A stretch of DNA of 37,911 bases from Malacoraja senta (Eukaryota): NCBI GenBank assembly GCA_038087875.1, contig JAXLNO010000334.1:1-37911 (forward strand), given 5' to 3'. Numbering within the stretch: position 1 is the first letter of the stretch; the number at the start of each line of letters is the position of its first letter. This document shows positions 21,851 through 33,409 of this stretch, piece by piece. Made by a program: the position numbers and the translations under genes. The notes beneath the pieces are model-generated. The model was not told the origin of the DNA. It did not search any database and saw nothing but the letters and a program-made list of their open reading frames with translations.

Positions 21851-22043
21851 AAGTTACCAATAGAAGGGAGCAAATTATTATTTTTAAGTATTTGTAAATT
21901 AGCAAATTGTGTGGCTTAGATACATGCAGATTTTGTTAACCAGCTGCTCCTTGTTCAACTAAGACCATACCATCATGCAGTCTGAACCTTCTTCTCGACC
22001 CGAAACTTCATGCATTCCTTCTGTTCAGAGATGATGCCTGTTC

Positions 22044-23064
22044 AGGGGCTGTCCCACTACGGAGACCTAATCTGCGAGTTTAGAAGAGTTTGCCCTCGAC
22101 TCAAACTCGCAGCATGGTCGACACGTGGTCCTATGAGGTCACTGGATCTCTCCTTCATGCTCGAGGGAAGTTCCCGAATACTCACGGCCTCAGCTAGGTC
22201 GCGGAAAATCTTTCAGCATGTTGAAAAAATTTCTGCGAGTAAAAATTGGTCGGCATGGTTCTTTTGAACTCGTAGTGCCGTGGAGTGGGGTCGCTATGTA
22301 GTTACAGGCAGTCGAGGGCAGCCGTAGGCAATCTCCTTCGCTGACCGGGCATTTTAATTGGCTCATTGGAGTTTTCAGGACCAAGGAAAACCGACCGGTA
22401 ATGTTAAATGATCGCTAAACTTTATTAAACGTTGTCTGGCTTCTTAAAAGTGTCTCCACTCCCTTCTCCCCCCCTTCTCTCCCCCCCCTTCTCTCCCCCC
22501 TTCTCCTCCCCTCCCCTTCTCCTCCCCCCCTCTCCTCCCCCCTTCTCCTCCCCCCTTCTCCTCTCCCCCCCTTCTCCTCTCCCCCCTTCTCTCTCCCCCC
22601 TTCTCTCTCCTCCCTTCTCTCTCTCCTCCCTTCTCTCTCCCCCCCCTTCTCTCTCCCCCTTCTCTCTCCCCCCCTTCTCTCTCCCCCTTCTCTCTCCCCC
22701 CCTTCTCTATCCCCCCCTTCCCTCTCCCCCCCTTCTCTCTCACCCCCTTCTCTCCTCTCCCCCCCCCTTCTCTCCTCTCCCCCCCCCCTTCTCTCCTCTC
22801 CCCCCTCTCCTCTCCCCCCCTTCTCTCCTCTCCCCCCCTTCTCTCCTCTCCCCCCCCCTTCTCTCCTCTCCCCCCTTCTCTCCTCTCCCCCCCCCCCCCT
22901 TCTCTCCTCTCCTCTGTCTGTCTGTCTGTCTGTCTGTCTGGTCGGTCGATCCATCGCTGACGGTCGATCCAGCTCGAGGTTTTCCAGGCGAGTGCCCTCG
23001 AGCTTGATGGTCGAAGACACTCTTCTGAACTCGCGGATTAGGTCGCCGCAGTGGGACAGCCCCT
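22044..23064. mobile_element. MITE, PIF/Harbinger-like, containing a long CT-rich tract
   Basis: TIRs AGGGGCTGTCCCACT..CCTAATC; 3-bp TSD TTC at 22041-22043 and 23065-23067; ends homologous to 7097-7647. Confidence 0.88.
22459..22939. repeat. Polypyrimidine/polypurine degenerate minisatellite followed by (TCTG)n
   Basis: About 450 nt of nearly pure C/T with units like CCCCCTTCTCT. Confidence 0.95.
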
Positions 23065-23643
23065 TTCCACTTAGTTACTCCAGCATTTTGTGTCAATCTT
23101 CGATGTAAATCAGCATCTACAGATCCTTCCTACACCATACATTTCAAAAAGTATTCAACTAAAACTTTAAGGAAAGATGAGTCGGACTGACTAGTAAAAA
23201 GACATTTCAGGTCCAAATAACCAGCAGATGAAGTGCTCAGACACCAGGAAGACTCAGTTAATCCATTTAAATTATATATTGCATTATTGCATTAGATCTT
23301 CTGATAAAGGTATTTGAAGGCATAGAGTTTTTGAAACAGCAACTCAAAAGATTCACATTACAAAATGTATCGGCATCAGCTGGTCATAGGACAACTGCTA
23401 TTTAAGATTCTGACCTTTCACAAAGTGGACAGTGGGCATTCTACAATGTGTTTGCAGGGAGTATAATGGATAACACAAATTATCATATAATGGTTATGAC
23501 TCATATTTCATCACATAATGGTCACAGCTATTGGAAAGCTCATATTTCATGATATCATGTTTATGACCATTGGAAAGCTGATATTTGTTGATCATATTAA
23601 GCAGTGGAATAGACCCAAATTAGTGATATGTCAGGACAGGATT

Positions 23644-24250
23644 AAACATAGAAACATAGAAACATAGAAAATAGGTGCAGGAGGAGGCCATTCGGCCCTT
23701 TGAGCCAGCACTGCCATTCATTGTGATCATGGCTGATCGTCCCCAATCAATAACTCGTGCCTGCCTTCTCCCCATATCCCTAGACCTCTATCTAACTCTC
23801 TCTTCAATCCATCCAGTGACTTGGCCTCCACTGCCCTCTGTGGCAGGGAATTCCACAAATTCACAACTCTCTGGGTGCAAATGTTTTTTCTCACCTCAGT
23901 CTTAAATGACCTCCCCTTTATTCTAAGACTGTGGCCCTTGGTTCTGGACTCGCCCAACATTGGGAACATTTTTCCTGCATCTAGCTTGTCCAGTCCTTTT
24001 ATAATTTTATATGTTTCTATAAGATACCCCCTCATCCTTCTAAACTCCAGTGAATAAAAGCCTAGTCTTTTCAATCTTTCCTCATATGACAGTCCCGCCA
24101 TCCCAGGGATCAATCTCGTGAACCTACGCTGCACTGCCTCAATCACAAGGATGTCCTTCCTCAAATTAGGAGACCAAACCTGGACACAATACTCCAGATG
24201 TGGTCTCACCAGGGCCCTATACAACTGCAGAAGAACCTCTTTACTTCTAT
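23644..24250 (-). mobile_element. CR1 LINE 3' fragment
   Basis: ORF 23727..24254 is the CR1 ORF2 C-terminus; (AAACATAG)n tail on plus strand. Confidence 0.92.
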
Positions 24251-24356
24251 ACATTGTGTGTGTGATTTAGAGACAAACCGGAGGCATTCATATTCCCACA
24301 TGAATGTTCTTCTGTCTGATTGTTCTGAAGTGGGAATGATTGAACAAGGGCTGCTT

Positions 24357-24820
24357 TCAAAGTCAAGTCAAGTTTATTTGTCACATACACATACAAGATG
24401 TGCAGTGAAATGAAAGTGGCAATGCCTACGGATTGTGCAAAAAACTACAGAACAGAATAGAACAGAATCAGTATTTACATATTAGAAAAAAACTGCAATT
24501 TTAAAAAGACACAACACAACAGTAAACTAGTACAGTAAGTGAGTCCCTGGTGAGGTAAGAGTTTACAGTCCTGATGGCCTGTGGGAAGAAACTCCGTCTC
24601 ATCCCTGTTTTCACAGCATGACAGCGGAGGCGTTTGCCTGACCGTAGCAGCTGGAACAGTCCGTGCTGGGGTGGTAGGGGTCCCCCATAATGTTGTTGGC
24701 TCTGGATCTGCACCTTCTGATGTATAGTTCCTGCAGGGGGGCGAGCGTAGTTCCCATAGTGCGTTCGGCCGAACGCACTACTCCCTGTACAGCCTTCCTG
24801 TCCTGGGCAGAGCAGTTCAA
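24357..24820 (-). mobile_element. Rex1-type LINE 3' fragment
   Basis: NCSAQDRKAVQGVVRSAERTMG..IMGDPYHP..SGKRLR..SFFPQAIR; AATAAA plus (CTTGA)n tail. Confidence 0.82.
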
Positions 24821-25216
24821 AGAAACGTTGGCAACTTGCTGCAGTGCTTGGTACACACTAAAGTCAGCATGTGTTGTAGGTGGACAGAGCAAATATTTGA
24901 AGTCAAGAAAGAGCTGCCAACAATATAGTTGGTTGCTTTGTTATGGTTGAAATGACATTTCATGAAAATTGTTGGATTTGCAACCATCCAGTAAAAAGGA
25001 GAGACTTCCATTCTGCTCTTGAATTATGCTTTGTAGATTTGTAAATGCTTGGGGATTTGGTGGTGAGTCATTTCCAATGGTTAACCAGTTTCCAACCTGC
25101 AAGTCGAGTCAGTGGCTGTGGTGATGCTTTTGTAGGTTTTGCTTTTGTTGTTGAACTCTTTCATTCTGAAGATGTTCCATGTGTGGGATTTAATCGGCAC
25201 AGAGATTGCATGCCAT

Positions 25217-25315
25217 GAGGACACAAAATGCCAGAGTAACTCAGCAGGTGAGGCAGCAGCATCTCTGGAGAAAATGGATAGGCAATGTTTGGGGTCGGGA
25301 CCCTTCTTCAGACTG
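25217..25315 (-). mobile_element. Penelope-derived hammerhead unit
   Basis: Unit consensus in reverse ending cccttcttcagact. Confidence 0.7.
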
Positions 25316-25573
25316 AATGCTTGCCACTTCCATCCTTCCATCCTTGAAGTTCCCAGCTCTGTGATGACATTGTCATTTTTCCAACCTGAGGTGCACAATT
25401 TCAATTGACCACAGTGAACACAATTAAATATCCCCATGCCTGACCTTATGATGAGGCAAGGTCATCATTGAAGCAGCTGAATTGCCTCAGTCTCAAATAT
25501 TAACCGGAACATTTGCTGCAACAATAACCTCGAGCTGAGACGATTTACTCCAACATGGATGAGCTGGCTTCCT

Positions 25574-25915
25574 TTAGGTTTAGTTTAGAGATACAGTGTG
25601 GAAACAGGCCCTTCGGCCCACCGAGTCCACACCGACCAGCGATCCCTGCACATTAACACAATGCCAACACACACTAGGGACAATTTTACACATATACCAA
25701 GTATACAAACCAAAGCCAATTAGCCAACAAACATGTACATCTTTGGAGTGTGGGAGAAAACCGAAAATCTTGGAGAAAACCCAGGTGGTCACGGGGAGAA
25801 CATTCAAACTCTGTACAGACAGAACCCGTGGTCGGGATCAAAGTCGGGATGGAACCCGGGTCTCTGACGCTGTAAGCGTTGTAAGGCAGCAACTCTAACG
25901 CTGCGCCACCATGTC
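25574..25915 (-). mobile_element. Full-length V-SINE (HE1-like)
   Basis: Collinear with 18561-18887; tRNA-like head, V core, (CTAAA)n tail. Confidence 0.88.
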
Positions 25916-26782
25916 ACACTCGGACTTGGTGTTGAGGCCAAGGTTGGTGCAGTTATGATAATGGTGAACAAGCTCCATGGCTTCTGGTTTCTTCTGTCCT
26001 TCTTTCTTCAGTCCGTAACTACCCTCCTGTGTGTTAAGTAGAACATTTTCCTGATTTCAGTTTTACATGTGGTCTCTGATGTAACAGTTCATTTGATGCT
26101 GATTTGATGTCAAGGGCATTCTCTCTCAGCCTCATCATCTCTGGAATCCAATCCTTTGGTCCATGTTCAGACTGCAGCTGAGAAGTCTCAGCAGAGCCCA
26201 AACAAAGCGTCCCTGAACAGACAATTAAGTGCCCATGATAGTAAAGTCAATGACCTTTCTCATGGCTTTGTTGATAGCTTCAAGTACACTGAGTTCATTC
26301 ATCATCGTTGAAAACATTAGCGATGCAGTGGTGCTAATTTCCAACGGGAATGGTGACAGATGCATCACACATCTCTGTCCTTCAGTTCCTGCAGACTTCT
26401 GCCGCTGGAAGTATAGGAAGTATAGGATGTAGGAAGTATAGGAGGGGGGAAAACAGTTGAAAAGGAGAGGCAAAGCACAGGCAGACTTTACTCAGAGGTC
26501 CCGTGGATTTTGAAGCAACAGCAACAAAGAGAAGCAGGAGAAAACACTGATTGGCTCTAGCCCGAGTGGGAAGAGAGTTAGAAGTGAGTCAGAGGGGGAA
26601 AACTGAGGAATTTGGTTTGTAAATTGGTAAATTAGGCAATATGTCAGTCAATAAAAGCAAGACGGCTCTTAGGGAGCGGTAGTGAGGGAAGTGCCCTGTG
26701 TGAAAAGTGTGAGTCTTTGGCTCGAGAGTCTTCGGCGATGAGGCTACACAAAACGCTGGAGAGGGAAAGACGAAAGAAGGAG

Positions 26783-27622
26783 ATGTCAGGCAAGCTGATT
26801 CAGTGTGATGCTTGCAGTATGTGGGAGGTCAAGGACACTGCTGGTGCCTCTCGCAGCTACAAATGTGAGAAGTGCATCCAGGTACAGCTCCTGAAGGACC
26901 GTGTTGGGGAACTGGAGAAGCAAGTGGATGACCTCAGGTTCGTCCGAGAAACTGAGTCGTTCCTCGACAAGTCCTACAGTAAGATTGTTACACCTAAGGT
27001 ACTGGAAGAGAAAAGGTGGGTGAAGGTGAGAAAGGGAGGGAAACATGGAATGCAAACGTCCCCGGGTGTTGTACCTCTTGTGAACAGGTTCACCCACTTA
27101 GAAGCTGTCGGGACAGAAGACGTTAATGCACTGAGCGGCGGACTGGCTTGCGAAGCAAAAAGGGCTGTTGAGCCAAAACCAAAGAGGCCAACGTCAGGCA
27201 ACGCCATTGTAGTTGGAGACTCCATTGTGAGAGGTACGGACAGGGGTTTCTGCGGGAAAAGACGGGATTCGAGGATGGTGTGCTGCCTTCCTGGTGCCAG
27301 GATCCAGGATGTCACGGACAGAGTGCAGAAAATCCTCAAGGGCGAAAGTGAACAGCTGGAAGTGGTTGTGCATGTCGGCACAAACGATGTCGGAAAGAAG
27401 GGGATGAATATTCTGCAGCGTGACTTTAGAGAGCTCGGAAAAATGCTGAAAAGCAGGACCTCCAGGGTTGTTATCTCCGGTTTCCTTCCAGTTCCTCGTG
27501 CTGGCGAGAGCAGGAACTGGGAGATACGGGACCTGAATGTGTGGCTGAGGAACTGGTGCACGGGGCAGGGATTTAGATACTTAGATCACTGGGATCTGTT
27601 TTGGAGTAAGGGGGAACTGTAA
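26783..27622 (+). pseudogene. CR1 ORF1: Cys-rich zinc finger, coiled coil and SGNH/GDSL esterase; premature stop
   Basis: CDAC..CEKC, VGDSIVRG, LPGA, HVGTND; TAA at 27620-27622 just before in-frame KRDGLHLN (DxxH catalytic block). Confidence 0.88.
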
Positions 27623-27924
27623 AAAAGGGACGGATTGCATCTTAACAGGTGGGGGACCAGCATTCTGGCAGGTTGGTTTGCCACTGCTACATGGGTGGTT
27701 TTAAACTGAATAAGGGGGGTGGGGTGTCAAATGGGATAGTCGAGGATGGAGTTAAAGGGAAAGGGTTTCTTAAATGTGTGAGCAGAGAGAGGTGTAAAAT
27801 GAGAGTAGAAGCAATAGGTAGCAAGGTGAAAAGTAAAAGTGGCAGGCAGACAAATCCAGGGCAAAAATCAAAAAGGGCCACTTTTCAACATAATTGTATA
27901 AGAGGTAAGAGTGTTGTAAAAACA

Positions 27925-30700
27925 AGCCTGAAGGCTTTGTGTCTCAATGCAAGGAGCATTCGTAATAAGGTGGACGAGTTGAATGTGCAGATAGCTATTA
28001 ATGACTATGATATAGTTGGGATCACGGAGACATGGCTCCAGGGTGACCAAGGCTGGGAGCTGAACATCCAGGGATATTCAATATTCAGGAGGGATAGACA
28101 GAAAGGAAAAGGAGATGGGGTAGCGTTGCTGGTTAGAGAGGAGATTAACGCAATAGAAAGGAAGGACATTAGCTTGGAGGATGTGGAATCGATATGGGTA
28201 GAGCTGCGAAACACTAAGGAGCAGAAAACGCTAGTGGGAGTTGTGTACAGGCCACCTAACAGTAGTAGTGGAGTTGGGGATGGCATCAAACGGGAAATTA
28301 GAAATGCGTGCAACAAAGGTAAAACAGTTATAATGGGTGACTTCAATCTACATATAGATTGGGTGAATCAAATTGGCAGGGGTGCTGAGGAAGAGGATTT
28401 CTTGGAATGTATGCGGGATAGTTTTCCAAACCAACATGTAGAGGAACCAACGAGAGAGCAGGCTATTCTAAGCTGGGTATTGAGTAATGAGGAAGGTTTA
28501 GTTAGCAGTCTTGTTGTGCGTGGCCCCTTGGGCAAGAGTGACCATAATATGATTGAGTTCTTCATTAGGATGGAGAGTGACATAATTAATTCAGCAACAA
28601 GGGTTCTGAACTTAAAGAAAGGTAAATTTGAGGGTATGAGACGAATTGGCCAAGATAGACTGGCAATTGATTCTTAAAGGGTTGACGGTGGATATGCAAT
28701 GGAAGGCATTTAAAGGCTGCATGGATGAACTACAACAATTGTTCATCCCAGTTTGGCAATAGAATAAATCAGGGAAGGTAGTGCATCCGTGGATAACAAG
28801 GAAAATCAGGGATAGTATCAAAACAAAAGATGAAGCATACAAATTAGCCAGAAAAAGCAGCCTACCGGAGTACTGGCAGAAATTCAGAGTCCAGCAGCGA
28901 AGGACAAAGGGCTTAATTAGGAAAGGGAAAATAGATTATGAAAGAAAACTGGCAGGGAACATAAATACTGACTGCAAACGTTTTTATAGATATGTGAAGA
29001 GAAAAAGATTAGTTAAAACAAATGTAGGTCCCTTGCAGTCAGAAACAGGTGAATTGATCATGGGGAACAAGGACATGGTAGACCAATTGAATAACTACTT
29101 TGGTTCTGTCTTCACTAAGGAAGACATAAATAATCTGCCGGAAATAGCAGGGGACGGGGGTCAAATGAGATGGAGGAACTGAGTGAAATCCAGGTTAGCC
29201 GGGAAGTGGTGTTAGGTAAATTGAATGGATTAAAGGCCGATAAATCCCCAGGGCCAGACCGGCTGCATCCCAGAGTACTTAAGGAAGTAGCCCCAGAAAT
29301 AGTGGATGCATTAGTGATAATTTTTCAAAACTCCTTAGATTCTGGAGTAGTTCCTGAGGATTGGTGGGTAGCTAATGTAACCCCACTTTTTAAAAAGGGA
29401 GGGAGAGAGAAAACGGGGAATTACAGACCAGTTAGTCTAACATCGGTAGTGGGGAAACTGCTAGAGTCAGTTATTAAAGATGGGATAGCAGGACATTTGG
29501 AAAGTGGTGAATCATTGGACAAAGTCAGCATGGATTTATGAAAGGTAAATCATGTCTGACGAATCTTATAGAATTTTTCGAGGATGTAACTAGTAGAGTG
29601 GATAAGGGAGAACCAGTGGATGTGTTATATCTGGACTTTCAGAAGGCTTTCGACAAGGTCCCACAAAAGAGATTAGTATACAAACTTAAAGCACACGGTA
29701 TTGGGGGTTCAGTATTGATGTGGATAGAGAACTGGCTGGAAGACAGGAAGCAAAGATTAGGAATAAACGGGTTCTTGACTAGTGGGGTACCGCAGGCAGT
29801 GACTAGTGGGGTACCGCAAGGCTCAGTGCTGGGACCCCAGCTATTTACAATATATATTAATGATTTGGACGAAGGAATTGAATGCAACATCTCCAAGTTT
29901 GCGGATGACACAAAGCTGGGGGGCAGTGTTAGCTGTGAGGAGGATGCTAGGAGGCTGCAAGGTGACTTGGATAGGCTGGGTGAGTGGGCAAATGCATGGC
30001 AGATGCAGTATAATGTGGATAAATGTGAGGTTATCCACTTTGGTGGCAAAAACAGGAAAGTAGACTATTTTCTAAATGGTGGCCGATTAGGAAAAGGGGA
30101 GATGCAACGAGACCTGGGTGTCATGGTACACCAGTCATTGAAAGGAGGCATGCAGGTGCAGCAGGCAGTGAAGAAAGCGAATGGTATGTTACCATTCATA
30201 GCAAAAGATTTAAGTATAGGAGCAGGGAGGTTCTACTGCAGTTGTACAGGGTCTTGGTGAGACCACACCTGGAGTATTGCGTACAGTTTTGGTCTCCTAA
30301 TCAGAGGAAAGACATTCTTGCCATAGAGGGAGTACAGAGAAAGTTCTCCAGACTGAATCCTGGGATGTCTGGACTATCATATGAAGAAAGACTGGATAGA
30401 CTTGGCTTGTACTCGCTAGAATTTAGAAGATTGAGGGGGGATCTTATAGAAACTTACAAAATTCTTAAGGGGTTGGACAGGCTAGATGCAGGAAGATTGT
30501 TCCCAATGTTGGGGAAGTCCAGAACAAGGGGGAAATCTTTTAGGACCGAGATGAGAAAAACATTTTTCACACAGAGAGTGGTGAATCTGTGGAATTCTCT
30601 GCCACAGAGGGTAGTCGAGGCCAGTTCATTGGCTATATTTAAGAGGGAGTTAGATGTGGCCCTTGTGGCTAAAGGTATCAGTGGTATGGAGAGAAGGAAG
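27925..30700 (+). pseudogene. CR1 ORF2: APE endonuclease and reverse transcriptase, frameshifted
   Basis: CLNARSI, GITETW, VYRPPN, GDFN, SDH, NYRPVSL, LDFQKAFD, GVPQGSVLGP, KFADD; split over ORFs 27649, 28781, 29170, 29538 and 30242. Confidence 0.93.
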
Positions 30701-30856
30701 GTACGGGATACTGAGTTGGATGATCAGCCATGATCATATTGAATGGCGGTGCAGGCTCGAAGGGCCGAATGGCCTACTCCTGCACCTTTTTTTCTATGTT
30801 TTCTATGTTTCTATGTTGGTGTGTGTGCTTTATCATCATACGACAGTGATCGCAAC

Positions 30857-31064
30857 TTTTTTGAAGTGTGGATGGCCGTTGGCTCGCTAACAGCTCATCC
30901 GCCCCTTGACAGGTGTGGTTTTTGGTCCTGCTGGGGGTCCACAGCCCCCTCCTCACCTGGCAAACCAGGTGGGGAAGACGGTTTAGTCGCCGACTATCCG
31001 ACCATGGAGCGGGTAGCACGGGATTACATGGTACCCGTGGCGAGGGTAACTCCCCCCCTGACCT
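30857..31064 (-). mobile_element. Unassigned GC-rich, hairpin-rich ~200-bp insertion with short A tail
   Basis: Several stem-loops; T6 at 30857-30862; composition differs from flanks. Confidence 0.4.
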
Positions 31065-31370
31065 CTGTGAAGAGAGTGTAATTAATCGGATTAGATGTGT
31101 CCTTTTTGTGGTTGGGACTGACATGGGCAATTTTCCAATTGTTGGGTAGCTGCCAGTGTTATATCTGTACTGGAACATTTTGTTCGAGCCATGGCCAATT
31201 CTGGAGTACATATCTTCAGTTAGAGATGGAATTGTATCGCCTGCCATCGTTGCATTCACTGTTCCTGGCAGCTTCAGGTCTTCACAAGGAGTGTATCAAA
31301 ATTGGTAAGGGTTGGTATCTGGGACGTGGGGATCGCAAGAACAACCCAAGATGGTTCAACCATTCAACTG
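31065..31370 (-). pseudogene. Degraded LINE RT fragment
   Basis: LKICTPELA..MFQYRYNTGSYPTIGK-like RT N-terminal sequence on minus strand. Confidence 0.55.
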
Positions 31371-31457
31371 ATAGATAGACACAAAACGCTGGAGTAACTC
31401 AATGGGTCAGGCAGCATCTCTGGAGAAAGGGAAGAGGTGACGTTTCAGGTTGAGACT
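31371..31457 (-). mobile_element. Penelope-derived unit
   Basis: Unit consensus in reverse. Confidence 0.7.
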
Positions 31458-31683
31458 TAATTGAGGCTGAATTAGTTCATCCAGCCAATTCTTGTGGTTG
31501 AAGATGTTGTGTGTGCATGATTCCTTTATTATGGAGAAAGAGGGTGTTTGGAGAACTTTCTCCTCCCATTACCATTCACAACTGGACGTTGCAGGATTGC
31601 TGAACTTAGTCGTGTCCTATTACTCTTTCGATAACACGCTATCATCCATTGCTAAGCACATTTGTAGTCCTGTCAGTAGTTGG

Positions 31684-31777
31684 GTCTGAAAAAGGGTCTT
31701 GATCCGAAACGTCACTTATTCCTTTTCTCCAGAAATGCTGGCTGGCCCGCTGAGTTACTCCAGCATTTTGTGTCTAT
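31684..31777 (+). mobile_element. Penelope-derived hammerhead unit
   Basis: gtctgaaaagggtcttgatccgaaacgtcac followed by unit body. Confidence 0.72.
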
Positions 31778-31833
31778 CAGTAGTTTCAGCATTTGGGCAA
31801 TTCATTTCAGCACACGTGTTGCTGTTTCGTTAA

Positions 31834-32129
31834 AGCCCCTGTCCCGCGATGCGAGTTTACCCAAGAGCTCTCGTGAGTTTTAAAAAAAATCAAACTCGTG
31901 GTACTTTATCACGAGTATTTTTTTACTCTTGGAAAATTTTCACACTGTTGAAAAAACTTCGCGAGTTTCTGCGTTTCACGAGTACCTGCCGTTAGCGTTA
32001 TGAGCCTCTACGAAACATCCACGAGCTCCGACGTACCAGCTACGTACATTCTACGCACTTACCATGAGTTTGATTTTTTTTTTAACTCGGGAGAGCTCTT
32101 GGGTAAACTCGCATCGTGGGACAGGGCCT
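31834..32129. mobile_element. MITE, PIF/Harbinger-like
   Basis: About 50-bp TIRs AGCCCCTGTCCCGCGATGCGAGTTTACCCAAGAGCTCTC; TTAA on both flanks. Confidence 0.85.
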
Positions 32130-32324
32130 TTAAGCTCTTTTGCTAATTTAATCAAGGTTAATCCTCTAGTTTTCTGACAGTGGTGCAGTGAGGGCAACAC
32201 AGGGCCATTAATTTGTATATGATGGTGTTGATCCACATAGTTGTCCATTGTTAAGCTGGTACATTTGGTCTAACTATCCTGTTTAGCATGGTGGTGGTGT
32301 CACACAGCATAATGGAGAGTGGAT

Positions 32325-32430
32325 ATATAAGAAATTGCAGATGCTGCTTTACAAAAAAGACTCAAAATGCTGGAGGAATTCAGCAGGTCAAACAGCATCT
32401 CTGGAGAACATTTGGTGACATTTTGGGTGG
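32325..32430 (-). mobile_element. Degraded Penelope-derived unit
   Basis: gaaattgcagatgctg..aaaatgctggag..cagcatctctggagaa. Confidence 0.55.
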
Positions 32431-32556
32431 GGACTTCATTGATGAGATTGTTGAAGACAATGCTAGGTACAGTTTGTTATTGGTTCTTTTATCATTTGTT
32501 TTTTATCACTGGGTCCTCAAAACTAGAATTTACGCTCAAAATGTTGCTAGAGAAAT

Positions 32557-33388
32557 CCTGGCCTGCGTTTGGTCTCACCGATATATAAGAGTCCACACCA
32601 GGGACAGCAGATACAGTAGATGAGGTTGGAGGAGGTGCAATTGAAGCTCTGCCTCACCTGAAAGGACTGTCGGGTTCCTTGGATGGAGTCGAGGGAGGAG
32701 GTATAGGGACAGGTGTTGCATCTCCTGCAGTTGCAAGGAAGATACCTGGGGAGGGGGTGGTTTGGGTGGGAAGGAATGAGTTAACCAGGGAGTTGTGGAG
32801 GGAGCGGTCTCTGCGGAAGGTGGAAAGGGGTGGAGATGGGAAGATGTGACTAGTGTTGGGATCCTGTTGGAGGTGGTGATAATATCGGAGGATTATGTGT
32901 TGTATGCGATGGCTGATGGGGTGAAAGGTAAGGACTAGGGGGACTCTGTCTGTTGCGACTAGGGGGAGGGGGAGCAAGGGCGGAGCTGCAGGGTACCGAG
33001 GAGACACGAGTGATCTATGATGGAAGAGGGGAACCCCCGTTCCCTAAAGAATGAGGACATCTCCGATCACCTGGTCTGGAACACCTCATTTTGGGCGCAG
33101 ATGCGGCGTAGACGGAGGAATTAGGAGTAGGGGATAAAGTCTTTGCAGGAAGCAGGGTGGAAAGAAGTGTAGTCTATATAGCTGTGGGAGTCAGTAAGTT
33201 TATAATAGATGTCAGTCGATAGTCTATCTCCTGTGATGAAACCGTGAGACCGAGAAACAGTAGGGAGATGTCGGAGACGGTCCAAGTGAATTTGTGTGCC
33301 GGATGGAAATTATTAGTGAAGTTAATGAAGTCAGTGAGTTCTGCATGGGTGCAGGAGGTAGCCCCGATGCTGTCATCAATGTAGTCAC
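32557..33388 (-). mobile_element. Penelope-like element fragment (RT C-terminus to start of GIY-YIG)
   Basis: YIDDSIGATSCTHAELTDFINF, DRVPLVLTFHP, LYIGETKR motifs on minus strand; frameshifted. Confidence 0.88.
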
Positions 33389-33409
33389 TATACTCCTTAT
33401 ACACGCATG

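Larger units (their letters stand above)
21980..23135 (+). mobile_element. Penelope-derived unit split by a MITE
   Basis: Unit sequence stops at gcctgttc (22043) and resumes at ttccacttagttactccagc (23065). Confidence 0.65.
25030..26400 (-). pseudogene. Highly degraded CR1/L2-group LINE RT remnants
   Basis: Minus-strand remnants such as DALFG, TWTKGLDSR and ALDIK resemble an RT segment; interrupted by SINE and hammerhead unit. Confidence 0.45.
26660..30817 (+). mobile_element. Near full-length CR1 LINE (HER1-like), inactivated; 5' boundary uncertain and may extend to about 26445
   Basis: ORF1, ORF2, 3' UTR and (TTCTATGT)n tail in order. Confidence 0.93.

Noticed and set aside
22415..23096. 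Long Gly/Glu/Arg-rich and Pro/Leu/Ser-rich ORFs
   Set aside because: Artefacts of the stop-free CT/GA low-complexity tract.
23140..23640. Apparently unique AT-rich stretches (also about 4740-5090, 6660-7050, 37240-37911) as conserved non-coding elements or exons
   Set aside because: No motif, ORF or structure supports a call without cross-species alignment; parts may be ancient repeats.
26225..26473. Possible host exon
   Set aside because: Continues into degraded LINE RT remnants on the minus strand; no convincing splice or protein signal.
30990..31064. Second HDV-like ribozyme
   Set aside because: Candidate L3 loops exist, but no consistent P1/P2 pairing could be built.
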